A DNA stretch of 64,000 nucleotides from Candidatus Thorarchaeota archaeon (GTDB taxonomy: Archaea; Asgardarchaeota; Lokiarchaeia; Sigyniarchaeales; SOKP01). Within the stretch, counting starts at the first letter, position 1, and each line of letters starts with the position of its first letter. The stretch lies in the NCBI GenBank assembly GCA_048882645.1, contig JBHLRJ010000003.1, positions 2,409 to 66,408 on the forward strand. The letters are read 5' to 3'. The translations under genes and the position numbers were made by a program. Shown here piece after piece: positions 26,491 to 36,211 of this stretch. The notes under the pieces were generated by a model. That model was not told where the DNA came from. It saw nothing but the letters and a program-made list of their open reading frames with translations, and searched no databases.

Positions 26491-26751
26491 AATAATATCA
26501 ACTTAATAAATTGCTTTTCTTAAGTATTAGGATTATTATAGCATTTTTATTTTATTATCATTATCTTGTTTTTTTATATTAATAATGATTAAATAAAGCT
26601 TTAATTGATTCATTGAAAAAAATGAAGAATAATTGTTCAATTATAGTTCTAGATAGGAAAAAACAAATATTATATCATACCCATTAACATTTGAAAAGAG
26701 AAACCTTAAACATTTCTAATAAAATTAATAAAAAAAGGAGAATAAAAAAAA

Positions 26752-26838
26752 TTATTTAACAATAAACACGGGATTAAATCCTGAATAACTACCAACATCA
26801 CTTCTTATTTTAATTTCTTTCTTTACTTTTCTTTTCAT
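26752..26838 (-). CDS. 28-aa basic peptide, copy 2 (MKRKVKKEIKIRSDVGSYSGFNPVFIVK)
   Basis: Own translation. 20/28 residues are identical to copy 1, and the C-terminal GFNPVFIVK is identical. Confidence 0.4.
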   Translation of the reverse strand: MKRKVKKEIKIRSDVGSYSGFNPVFIVK

Positions 26839-26947
26839 TTTTGGCACCTTTTTTAGGTTTGTTCTAATTAATAATATTGATAGAATTTCATATATAGTTT
26901 TTATTCCAAAACTTTCTACGAAGTTTGAACAAAAGAAAAAGTTATAA
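26752..26947 (-). repeat. ~200-bp cassette (promoter + 28-aa ORF), copy 2
   Basis: See 24059-24258. The TATA-like ATATATAG is at 26890-26897. Confidence 0.7.
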
Positions 26948-26985
26948 TATTAAATTTATATTTAGGGAAAAACACCCATCATCTC

Positions 26986-27486
26986 TTAGATTTTTGAAGA
27001 GTATAACCTTTCTATATATAACTTTAATGATTCTATATCTTCAAAATAAAAAAGGTTTTTATCCTCCTTAAAAAAAGGAGTTAATAATCCTCCTCTATTT
27101 AAGACCTCAGTAATTTTAACATCCCTTAAAACAAATACTTTCGTTTTTTCATAAAATTCTTTAAAAGAAAGAATAATTCCCATTTCAATCATATGACCTC
27201 CTTTATCATGTTCTATAATCATGATGATTTCATTTGAGAATTTTGCGATAAGATCGAATTTTAAAACTAAATTTTCTAGATGCGTTCGCCTGAATTTATT
27301 TTCGAAAAATGCCAAGTTATTTTCAATTCTGTTTATGATCTTTTGTACTTCCTGAAGGTTTATAAAGGTGTCTTCATCGTATGAACCACATATAAAGATC
27401 TTGTTTTTATTCAAATCATAGACAGAAAAGATATTAATAAACTCATCTAAGAAATCATCCCATGCACTATCATGTGAAAATTGCAA
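26986..27486 (-). CDS. hypothetical protein (weak resemblance to nucleoside 2-deoxyribosyltransferase-like fold)
   Basis: KIFICGSY early strand and a later DKGGHMIEMGI motif are reminiscent of the D.G..fE.G motif of NDT-like enzymes. Weak. Confidence 0.3.
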   Translation of the reverse strand: MQFSHDSAWDDFLDEFINIFSVYDLNKNKIFICGSYDEDTFINLQEVQKIINRIENNLAFFENKFRRTHLENLVLKFDLIAKFSNEIIMIIEHDKGGHMIEMGIILSFKEFYEKTKVFVLRDVKITEVLNRGGLLTPFFKEDKNLFYFEDIESLKLYIERLYSSKI

Positions 27487-27658
27487 TTTAATCCCCTAAA
27501 ATCAATAAAATAATTTAGAGATTCATTACTCCTATAAATTATTATATATCAATAATAATTGACTCAGTCAGTTTTGAGTTAAATTTAAATATGCGGTTAT
27601 CTTTATTGAGCATGGAATTAAATGTAAAAATGAATATATAAAAGGAGAGGACAAAGAT

Positions 27659-28000
27659 TTGGATAAATTGAAAAAGCTTGAAGATAGAAGGAAAGAATTG
27701 GAAATTATTTCTGAAAAAACACGATACAAAATACTCCTTACGTTATTAGCTAGTGAGACCTCACTTTCCTTCACTAGATTAAAAGAATTATTACCCTCCA
27801 TTCAAGAAAATAATTTAAATTATCACCTTAAAATACTTAAGGAGAATGGATTCATCAAGAATGAGAAGAGAATCGATTATAAACGCTCTGAGCCTCGCTC
27901 ATTTTACTCTCTCAGTCGAAAGTCTCTTGATTTGCTTGGATCCTTAGGATTAACGGCAGTAAAAGAAGAATTCCAAGCTCTTTTTAAGCAAATGACATAA
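27659..28000 (+). CDS. ArsR-type winged-helix transcription regulator
   Basis: TRYKILLTLLASETSLSFTRLKELL...NLNYHLKILKENGFI pattern. TTG start preceded by AAAGGAGAGG. Confidence 0.65.
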   Translation: MDKLKKLEDRRKELEIISEKTRYKILLTLLASETSLSFTRLKELLPSIQENNLNYHLKILKENGFIKNEKRIDYKRSEPRSFYSLSRKSLDLLGSLGLTAVKEEFQALFKQMT

Positions 28001-28012
28001 AAAACTAAGTTT

Positions 28013-28624
28013 CTAAAGACTTTTTTTTTCTCTTTTGATAGTGTCCAATAATCGTCGTGCTTCACTGAAATCTGGTCTGAGATTTAATGCTTTTTCGGCG
28101 CACTTTTCAGCTTGTTCATAATCACCTAATTCTCTATATTTTAATGCCAAATTAAACCAGGTTTCAATTTTATCAGGTTTAAATTCTACTGCTTTTTTAT
28201 AACATTCTATTGCTTTTTCTGGTTCACCTTTGAAAGTATAAGTATTACCCATATTATTCCATGCTTCGTGATCTTTAGGATCTAATTCAACGACCCTCAT
28301 ATAAGTATCTATCGCTCTGTCGAATTCTCTATCATCCCTGTAGGCATTACCCATATTGTATAATACATCAATGTTATTTGGTTTTAATTCTAAGGCTTTA
28401 TTCCAACACTCAATTGCCTTTTCAATATTTCCTTTTCCTAAATGATATGCATTACCCAGATTATACCATCCCTCAAAATGTTCAGGATTGAGATCAACAG
28501 TTTTTTGCCAACACTCAATCGCTCCATCGGCATCACCTTCTTGTCCATAAACTAATCCCTTATCATAGAATTCTTGGGCTTCTTTAATTTTCTTCTTTTT
28601 TAAATCATCCTTTTTACCTGTCAT
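28013..28624 (-). CDS. TPR repeat protein
   Basis: Five regular 34-aa units with W.N.GN.Y.....A.E...KA.EL.P. Confidence 0.85.
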   Translation of the reverse strand: MTGKKDDLKKKKIKEAQEFYDKGLVYGQEGDADGAIECWQKTVDLNPEHFEGWYNLGNAYHLGKGNIEKAIECWNKALELKPNNIDVLYNMGNAYRDDREFDRAIDTYMRVVELDPKDHEAWNNMGNTYTFKGEPEKAIECYKKAVEFKPDKIETWFNLALKYRELGDYEQAEKCAEKALNLRPDFSEARRLLDTIKREKKSL

Positions 28625-28720
28625 ACTGTTTACTTATTGATATTCTTTAAAAAGTATTTGGAAAATAGTATGATCCAATAAATATATAGGTTTTTTATAT
28701 GAAGTAGTAATCAATATTAA

Positions 28721-29032
28721 TTGGGTCCTATGAAGATTACAGAGATGTACATGGATGAAACCATACGTGCCATAGGATATTTAACGAGAGATAATTACAA
28801 CTCTCTTATTACTGTCAAAAAAATCAGAGATTTTTATGAGATTGACCCACTTGATTATTCAAAAATAAGTTTTTATTGGAGAAGTTTACAGTCTCTCGAA
28901 AACGATGGTGTTCTAAAGAGAACTAGCTCTAAAAAGCCAAAACAATATCGGGTTCTTAATTATTTCAAATTTTTTGAACTTCTTCATGATGCTTACGTAA
29001 GTAGAGCTTTGAGAGCAAAAGGATTGAGCTAA
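28721..29032 (+). CDS. hypothetical protein (possible winged helix)
   Basis: 103-aa ORF; the ATG at 28730 is more likely than the TTG at 28721. Confidence 0.4.
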   Translation: MGPMKITEMYMDETIRAIGYLTRDNYNSLITVKKIRDFYEIDPLDYSKISFYWRSLQSLENDGVLKRTSSKKPKQYRVLNYFKFFELLHDAYVSRALRAKGLS

Positions 29033-29062
29033 AATATTGAAACTTAAATAATCTAAATTTGT

Positions 29063-30850
29063 TTAGAATAAAAGTGAAACGGCACCGACACCAACCACAT
29101 TTGAAATAACCGCAGAAAAAAATAATGAAACTATACAAAAAGAGCTTATTAATACTGCACTAAATTGCCCAGTATGTTCATAAATTATTGTATTAAATAT
29201 CGTTACTATTAATAACACAATAAATGTGAATAAAACTGATGGTAAATATGAATAACTGCGAGCTAAGAGCATTAAGTTCACATAAATTATTACAGCTGTT
29301 ATTGTAGTTATTCTCGCTTTAGATTTTTCTGATTTTAGAAAACTTAAATTTGGATAAATAAGTTTTCTAAATAAGATTTCAATTGAAAAATATACTGGAA
29401 AGAAGAAAAACGACAAAAAAATATTCATTATATTAGAAGGCCACATAAAAGCAAAGGGGTAATAAAATGAGAATAAAAGATAAACTATAATGAAATAGAC
29501 TGCACAAATCAGGGTGTATGCGAGTACGCTTTTATTAACTTCTTCTTTCATAAGAGTTATAAACGCTTTTCTCATTGACTCAACTTTTTCTTTCTTAAAA
29601 CGCCAAAAATATTTGATACCTTTGACTAATAAGAAAGCTGAGCTAAAAAGTAGTGATGCATAAAATATCCCAATTACCCCAAAGTATGTCGTAAAAAATT
29701 GCCAATTTATTATGAAAAGTGATGAGTATATCAAAATTAGTGCTACTTTACTGATTTTCTTCAATTCAACTACAATCCTTTTTTTCTTCTTTTCACCTTT
29801 ATCGATAATCTCAGGTTTTAAATGAAAGTATTTAGATGATTGGGAGATAAGGAGTGAAATAATAAATACAAGCAATACTAAATTCAAAATAATTAATATA
29901 TAATTCCAAATGAACGATATATTTATTGGTCCATTTTTCACACTGGAATTAAAAAATTTTTCTTCAAACCATCTAATGGATTGAGCAAGAACTTCATTCG
30001 AAAATAATTGGTGCCCTCCTCCGAGTAATGGCTTGGTTATATTAATTACTGTACAATTCGTCAACTCTTTAGCTTTCAATGCATTAGCTTTAAAATCCAA
30101 GACTTCGTCTTGTGTATGCATTATGATTAATAGGTTATCAGTATTGTTACTGTTTAATAAATTAACTGGAATGAAATCCTCATAATCTTGCCATTCAAGT
30201 CCAAATTGCGGAGGTATAAAATTTACAAGTGGAGCCCACGCGACAGTATATTTAAATTCAGGATTCAATGCTTGATTCATGAGAACAACTAATCCTCCTA
30301 AAGAGTGGCCAATTAATCCTATTTGAGACGAATTTACATTCGAGTAAAATGCCATAGTTTTAAGTTTTTCTAAAAGTTTCGTACAATCTTGAGCAAGAGC
30401 AGGACCAGCGCTACCTATTGGGTCTAAATGTGGATCTATATTATTAATATTACCACCACTCTCACCATGTCCTTGATAATCAAGTGCAGCAACATAAAAT
30501 CCTCTTTTTGTAAATTCAATTGGAATTCTAAGGTCAAAATCTCGCTTTGAGCCAATTCCATGACAAAAAATCAGTAACGGTCTCTTTTCTTGAAATGATA
30601 AAGTTTTCGTAGGAGTATACAAATTAGCATAAAGTGTAGCTCCTGCTGAAGTAAAACGAATCCTATCATATTTTCTATAACTTTGAGCTCTATTTAGTTG
30701 TAAAAATGTAAGAGCAAGAGCAAGGAGTACAATTAAAAAAATTAATCTTTCTAGGTTCTTTAAATCTTCAGTTTTAACATCCTCTCTAATAAAAGCTCCT
30801 AACTTTTTACTTACTTTTTTCTTAATTTCCTTCTTTTTGATTGAGACCAT
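29063..30850 (-). CDS. alpha/beta hydrolase fused to a C-terminal polytopic membrane domain
   Basis: N-terminal TM. HGIGS oxyanion region, GHSLGG nucleophile elbow, and later HTQDE and GGGHQLF (Ser-Asp-His). The C-terminal ~280 aa has about 8 hydrophobic helices. Confidence 0.75.
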   Translation of the reverse strand: MVSIKKKEIKKKVSKKLGAFIREDVKTEDLKNLERLIFLIVLLALALTFLQLNRAQSYRKYDRIRFTSAGATLYANLYTPTKTLSFQEKRPLLIFCHGIGSKRDFDLRIPIEFTKRGFYVAALDYQGHGESGGNINNIDPHLDPIGSAGPALAQDCTKLLEKLKTMAFYSNVNSSQIGLIGHSLGGLVVLMNQALNPEFKYTVAWAPLVNFIPPQFGLEWQDYEDFIPVNLLNSNNTDNLLIIMHTQDEVLDFKANALKAKELTNCTVINITKPLLGGGHQLFSNEVLAQSIRWFEEKFFNSSVKNGPINISFIWNYILIILNLVLLVFIISLLISQSSKYFHLKPEIIDKGEKKKKRIVVELKKISKVALILIYSSLFIINWQFFTTYFGVIGIFYASLLFSSAFLLVKGIKYFWRFKKEKVESMRKAFITLMKEEVNKSVLAYTLICAVYFIIVYLLFSFYYPFAFMWPSNIMNIFLSFFFFPVYFSIEILFRKLIYPNLSFLKSEKSKARITTITAVIIYVNLMLLARSYSYLPSVLFTFIVLLIVTIFNTIIYEHTGQFSAVLISSFCIVSLFFSAVISNVVGVGAVSLLF

Positions 30851-30966
30851 AAACCTTTACTAATTTTTTATACCTTAATCTTAATTGATTTCCATCTTTT
30901 TAAGTGTTTTTTCTCTTTTAAATTTCAGATAAATTGATAGTAAGCTACCTTTCTGAAAATAATTCT

Positions 30967-31440
30967 CTATTTGTTAAAAATCATATTCTCTGGAATTTTT
31001 ACAGTAATGACTTCTCCTTTAACGCATAATTCATCATTTGCAAATACCTCTACCTCTACAATGACTTTTCTCCCTTTGATATCTTTTGGTTTGCCAACTA
31101 AGACTAATTCAGCACCAATCGGTGTCGGTTTTAAAAAATTAACATGGATTGATGCAGTAACATATCGTAATTCCGGTTCAGTTCCCATTTCACGTCCTTC
31201 TGATTTATAAGCAGCAGCTGAAGCTGTTCCTGTACCATGACAGTCGATTAGTGAAGCAATCAAACCTCCATAGACGAATCCGGGAAATGCGATTTGGTAA
31301 GATTTTGGGGTGAATCTCGCAATACATTCATCATCTTTCCAAAAGCTTTTAATTTTCAGCCCCTGCTCATTTAATCTTCCACAACCATAACAATAACTCA
31401 TTTGTTTTGAATAAAAATCTTGAACTGCCTTTTTTTCCAT
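30967..31440 (-). CDS. PaaI-type hotdog-fold thioesterase
   Basis: N-terminal CYGCG and FPGFVYGGLIASLIDCHG motif. Confidence 0.65.
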   Translation of the reverse strand: MEKKAVQDFYSKQMSYCYGCGRLNEQGLKIKSFWKDDECIARFTPKSYQIAFPGFVYGGLIASLIDCHGTGTASAAAYKSEGREMGTEPELRYVTASIHVNFLKPTPIGAELVLVGKPKDIKGRKVIVEVEVFANDELCVKGEVITVKIPENMIFNK

Positions 31441-31607
31441 TATGCCTTACCTACTTATTCAACCAGAAATTTCAGATATACCTATTAATTTCTAATTTTT
31501 GAAATCTTAAAAATAAAATCTTAAATAAAGTACTATCTAAATATTAATCATTAGAATTTTATACTTTACAATATTTATTACTAAATGGGAATAAGGAGAC
31601 AGAATTT

Positions 31608-31979
31608 ATGCTATTTCAATTAGAAAATTTACTTTCCTATTTTCTATCATATTTACCGATAATTATCTATTTAGGATTCGATATAGCGCTGTTTATTATC
31701 GCCATCTTCATCTATAAAAGAAATTCATATAAATATGGGCTATATTTAATGATTTCTTCAATTATTTCTATCGCTTCAAGTATTCTCTTTATTTCTCTTA
31801 ATTATCCATTTCTAGTTTATGAACTGGTGAGTCGGGGGCTCTCTATGGTTGAAATCTCAATCATTCTAATGATACTCAATCTTGTCTCACTTATCCTCGG
31901 TACTACCAGTGCAGTATTCTTATTCCTCGCAGTGTATAAGATCTATCAAACTCATAAAAAGGATAGAATTAAGGATTAA
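31608..31979 (+). CDS. small membrane protein, paralogue of 36212-36601
   Basis: Four TM helices. Shares MLFQ...YLP.I.Y..FDIA..I...FI.K.NS.KYGLYL and the C-terminal YKIYQTHKK with 36212-36601. Confidence 0.5.
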   Translation: MLFQLENLLSYFLSYLPIIIYLGFDIALFIIAIFIYKRNSYKYGLYLMISSIISIASSILFISLNYPFLVYELVSRGLSMVEISIILMILNLVSLILGTTSAVFLFLAVYKIYQTHKKDRIKD

Positions 31980-31988
31980 AATTATAAT

Positions 31989-33638
31989 TTATGAAATATC
32001 TTCATTAATAGATTTTAATACTAATTTGAAAATACTTCCTTTTCCAAATTTACTGTTTACAGATAAATCTCCCCCAAGGAGATTCGCTAATTTCTTAGAG
32101 AGATGAAGTCCTAAACCACTTCCCTCTTTAGTTCTCCCTGGTTCAATAATCTGACTAAATGGTTTAAATAATTTATGTACATCCTCCTCTTTTATACCTA
32201 ACCCCGTATCTTTCACTAAAATCTCTGAAATCCCATTCTTTTGTTTTACTACAACAGAAATTTTTCCTTTCTCTGTAAATTTTATTGCATTTCCAATAAG
32301 ATTTGTTAAAATTTGATTTATACGCTGCTTATCATTGTAAATAATAAAAGGTTCAGGAGAATCTATAAGTAACTTAAGTCCTTTCCCATTTAATGCTACA
32401 CTAAACGTCTCCTTTAACCTTTTTAGTTCCTCTACGAGATCAAATTTATCTTTTCTTATAGTTAATTTTTTTGCATCTATTTTAGTTATATCAAGGATGT
32501 CATTTATCAAACCAAGCAACCTATTAGAATTATTTAATATAATATTAAGTTGGTTTTCTTGTTCTTCATTTAAAGCCCCAATTTTACCATTCAATAGCAT
32601 TCCTGTAAACCCAATGATTGAAGTTAGTGGTGTTTTTAATTCATGACTTATACTCGCTAAAAAAGTAACTTTTTGCGGTCTCGTGAACATCTCTAAAAAA
32701 TCAGTCTCGATATCATCATCAATATGCATTCCTTGAGTTACAGAAATTCTTTCAGTTCTTATTTCTCTTATTACAAGAAAAAACAGAATATATACATATA
32801 ATGTAGCTCCTATGAATTCCAGTATAAAAATAAAATTTAGTTCATTAAAGATATCAATAATTAGGATACTAAAAAGTAAGGGTATAGTTAAAATCGCAAA
32901 AAAAATCCAATATTTCAACGCACCAGAAAGAGCTTTAGGATTAATTATTATTGGCACTATGGTAAAACAACAACCTATAATTAAAACAAGTGGACTTAAG
33001 AATAATGGAAAAACATCAAGTAATTTATGAGCTCTCTTTGCTAAATTCAATGATATCATGAATAAAATAAACCCAAATAAAAGAAATGAAGATACGGCTT
33101 TAAACTCAAGATGAGACCATTTTGTATAGAAATATAATATAAGTGGAACAGAAAAAATTAAGCCGGGTAGTAATAAGTAATTAAATAAATTTCTTGTTAT
33201 ATTAAAAGGAAAAACAAACTCTATAACAATTATTAATAAGAAACTTATACTGAGAAGATATTTCGTGCGTTTTACGATGATCTCAAAAGCCAAAATAAAG
33301 ACTAATCCTCCGATTCCTAGTGAAATATAACTCAATCTGCCAAAAATTTCATATAGAAAACTTTCTCCATTATAAACACCGCAAAATGTCAAGGAATCGT
33401 AATTAAAATATCCTGAAATTTGAAAACTTTGAAATAAGGTAAATAAAAGAGCCAAAGCAAAACCTAAAGGCAAGCTTCCTAGTCCTAACATTATAATCTG
33501 TTCATTAAAAATTTCCCTTTTTTTCCCTATACGTAAAAAATATATTCCACATATTAGAGCTATCGCGATTGCAATCCCCCATAAAAATATTTCAAAGGGA
33601 TCCCAAATCATCACCACTGTGTCTCCAGGACATGCCAT
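31989..33638 (-). CDS. membrane-bound sensor histidine kinase
   Basis: About 10 N-terminal TM helices. H-box SISHELKTPLTSI, N-box LIGNAIKFT, G1 DTGLGI, G2 GSGLGL. Confidence 0.85.
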   Translation of the reverse strand: MACPGDTVVMIWDPFEIFLWGIAIAIALICGIYFLRIGKKREIFNEQIIMLGLGSLPLGFALALLFTLFQSFQISGYFNYDSLTFCGVYNGESFLYEIFGRLSYISLGIGGLVFILAFEIIVKRTKYLLSISFLLIIVIEFVFPFNITRNLFNYLLLPGLIFSVPLILYFYTKWSHLEFKAVSSFLLFGFILFMISLNLAKRAHKLLDVFPLFLSPLVLIIGCCFTIVPIIINPKALSGALKYWIFFAILTIPLLFSILIIDIFNELNFIFILEFIGATLYVYILFFLVIREIRTERISVTQGMHIDDDIETDFLEMFTRPQKVTFLASISHELKTPLTSIIGFTGMLLNGKIGALNEEQENQLNIILNNSNRLLGLINDILDITKIDAKKLTIRKDKFDLVEELKRLKETFSVALNGKGLKLLIDSPEPFIIYNDKQRINQILTNLIGNAIKFTEKGKISVVVKQKNGISEILVKDTGLGIKEEDVHKLFKPFSQIIEPGRTKEGSGLGLHLSKKLANLLGGDLSVNSKFGKGSIFKLVLKSINEDIS

Positions 33639-33744
33639 AGATTCTTCCTCTCTTTACTAAAGAGATCTCATTTTTTTTCCATATTTATGTTATATTTAAA
33701 TTTAATAAAAACATAAATATCAAAGTTATTCACGAGGGAGATAT

Positions 33745-34629
33745 ATGATACCCTTAATATTATTAGTTGAAGATGATCCAAACATCTTAAAATATCTAAA
33801 AATGACATTAGAACTTAACGAATGTAAAATTGTTAGTGCAATCAACGGTAAAGAGGGACTAAAAGTACTTTCGGAGTTAAAAAATTGCCCTGATCTCATT
33901 ATAAGTGATATTATGATGCCAGAAATGAATGGTTATGACTTTTTCAATGCTGTTTCCCGCAATCCAAACTATTATCATGTGCCATTCCTTTTTTTATCTG
34001 CTCTAGATTCCACTGAAGATATCCGATTTGGAAAAATGTTAGGAGTAGATGATTATATTACTAAACCCATAAATGAAAAAGATTTTCTAGCAGTGGTATT
34101 TGGGAAAATTAAACGTAGCAAAACTATTGACTCAATTAGTGAAAAGTTGAATGAGATTTATACATCATATGAAATTGAAAAAGCAACCATTCCTGAAAAA
34201 CTTAAAGACTTAATGATTTTAGTTGAGGTACACTGGAATGATATTGTAGGCCCACAAATAATAAGATACTTTCCCACTGATTTAGAATTAGATTTCCCAC
34301 TAAGTGCTGTTAGTGAACAACTTTACGATGGATCAATAGCCATGTATGGACAAGAACACATATTAAATGCCGAAGGACTTTTGATAAACATCAAGAACTT
34401 TAACATAATGGCATATGTGTTTTTTGATTCGTATCCAGACGATTATTATAGAGGTGGAAGAAAGAATTACATGTTTTCACTGATTTCTTCAAAAATAACA
34501 TATTTTCAGTCATTGAAAATAAAACAGATTTTTATGAACCTTTCATCAATCTTCAAAAAGTATGGGAAATGGGATATAAAAGAGTTTTGGATGAAATTTT
34601 CAGAGATTCTTGTAAAACCTTCAATTTAA
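33745..34629 (+). CDS. response regulator (REC) with a non-DNA-binding, longin/uDENN-like C-terminal domain
   Basis: REC motifs LLVEDDP, DLIISDIMMPEMNG, LSALD and DDYITKP. The C-terminal ~145 aa (34192-34629) contains VGPQIIRYFP ... YMFSLISSKITYFQSLKIKQIF, with no HTH. Confidence 0.8.
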   Translation: MIPLILLVEDDPNILKYLKMTLELNECKIVSAINGKEGLKVLSELKNCPDLIISDIMMPEMNGYDFFNAVSRNPNYYHVPFLFLSALDSTEDIRFGKMLGVDDYITKPINEKDFLAVVFGKIKRSKTIDSISEKLNEIYTSYEIEKATIPEKLKDLMILVEVHWNDIVGPQIIRYFPTDLELDFPLSAVSEQLYDGSIAMYGQEHILNAEGLLINIKNFNIMAYVFFDSYPDDYYRGGRKNYMFSLISSKITYFQSLKIKQIFMNLSSIFKKYGKWDIKEFWMKFSEILVKPSI

Positions 34630-34697
34630 ATAAAATCATTACTTCCATACAATAAATATATAGAAAATTCAAGTAGAAAAAAGAGATGAAATAATTA

Positions 34698-35249
34698 ATG
34701 GGTGCGGAAAATGAAGATTTACCTATAAAACTTGTAATTATGGGTATGGAGAATGCTGGAAAAACCACAATTTTAGATGTACTTACAGGAAAAATTAAAG
34801 AGCCACTCCGTAAACCACCAAGTATGAATCCAACTAAAAATGTTGAAAGAAGTACCATTTTATTTTTTCAGAAGGAAACGAAGGTTTGGGATTTTGGTGG
34901 ACAGGAGGTATATCGTAATGAATACATAGCACATCCTGAGAAATATTTTCACTCAATTTCGTTTTTCTATTACGTTGTCGATATCCAAGATTACTACAGA
35001 CTCTTCCCTTCCGTTATGTATTTTAAAGGAATATTTAATAAGATCAAAAACTATAGCCCTGAAGCTAAAATCATTTTCCTTTTCCATAAATCAGACCCTG
35101 ATTATGCTGCGGATGAAAGAGACTTAAAGGGACAGTTCTTAGAAAAGATTATACCTGAATTAAACTTGACAAATACACCATATATAATATATGATACTAC
35201 AATTTTTGATATAAAGAGTATAAAAATTGCCTTTGGTTTGGAATCATAG
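34698..35249 (+). CDS. Arf/Arl-like small GTPase
   Basis: G1 GMENAGKTT, G3 WDFGGQ (Arf-family hallmark), G4 HKSD. Confidence 0.75.
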   Translation: MGAENEDLPIKLVIMGMENAGKTTILDVLTGKIKEPLRKPPSMNPTKNVERSTILFFQKETKVWDFGGQEVYRNEYIAHPEKYFHSISFFYYVVDIQDYYRLFPSVMYFKGIFNKIKNYSPEAKIIFLFHKSDPDYAADERDLKGQFLEKIIPELNLTNTPYIIYDTTIFDIKSIKIAFGLES

Positions 35250-35307
35250 CTATTAAACAAAGAAATTTATAATTATCATTAGATAGCAGAAATTTCTGTT
35301 ATTGAAG

Positions 35308-35976
35308 TTAATTTAAAGGAGTATTACAGTTTGGACATCTTTTTAAATCAGCGTTAATTTTATTTCCGCAATACTGGCAAAACACTACGCCTTCTTTTTC
35401 TACTCTTTTTATTGAGGTAGGTGTTCGTGGCTTTTTAATATAGTCATGCGATTTTCGTCTAGCTTTCAGTAATAGGATTATTAAACCAAAAATTAAGATC
35501 AATACTGTAGGTACTATTAGAACTAATAGATATGTACCATTAAAGAATTCAATATTTGGACCTGTCGCAGGACTTGTTATTCCTGTATTTACACCAATAT
35601 CAAAAAATCCTGAACCAGAATTAACCCCAATTTGAACATAATAATCCCTAGTTCGAGGTGCAGTAAAATGCATAGTTTCTCCAGAGTAAGACGAAACATC
35701 AACTTCTGTGCCCGTTATCATATAAGGCGTTTCACTTATTTTTATTGCCAGGTCCATATCCCAAAAAGAATCTACATTAATATAAATCGTGTATTGTTGA
35801 CCTCCCTCCAAACTTATAACATATTTTTTTGGTAATTCAAAACCCCACGCATGTTCCGCTATTTCAAGAGTATTAAGTGATAACCTTTTAGGAAACACAT
35901 ATGGCATCGTAGTTGTAAATGCCAAAGGAATCAGGGAAATAATTATTATTAATAAAATTGATTTGTACTTTTTCAT
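35308..35976 (-). CDS. secreted/membrane-anchored protein with a cytoplasmic C-terminal zinc ribbon
   Basis: N-terminal signal-like helix, beta-rich ectodomain, TM (LLVLIVPTVLILIFGLIILLL), then CQYCG-x10-CPNC. Confidence 0.55.
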   Translation of the reverse strand: MKKYKSILLIIIISLIPLAFTTTMPYVFPKRLSLNTLEIAEHAWGFELPKKYVISLEGGQQYTIYINVDSFWDMDLAIKISETPYMITGTEVDVSSYSGETMHFTAPRTRDYYVQIGVNSGSGFFDIGVNTGITSPATGPNIEFFNGTYLLVLIVPTVLILIFGLIILLLKARRKSHDYIKKPRTPTSIKRVEKEGVVFCQYCGNKINADLKRCPNCNTPLN

Positions 35977-36211
35977 TGATCTAAGATTTTACGAACTAAT
36001 GCATATGGAATTAAATTTAGTATGATTAGTATGATTATTTTCAAATAAAAATATTGATATCAATTCTTTTAATATCTTCGAAAAAAAAGGAGAATATCCA
36101 TTCTTAATTCTGAATAATAGAAATGAATTTTGATAACAAAATTTAAAATAAAATGATCACAAGATAAGATATTGTATTCAACCATTAATCCAGACTATTC
36201 AAAATATAAAA

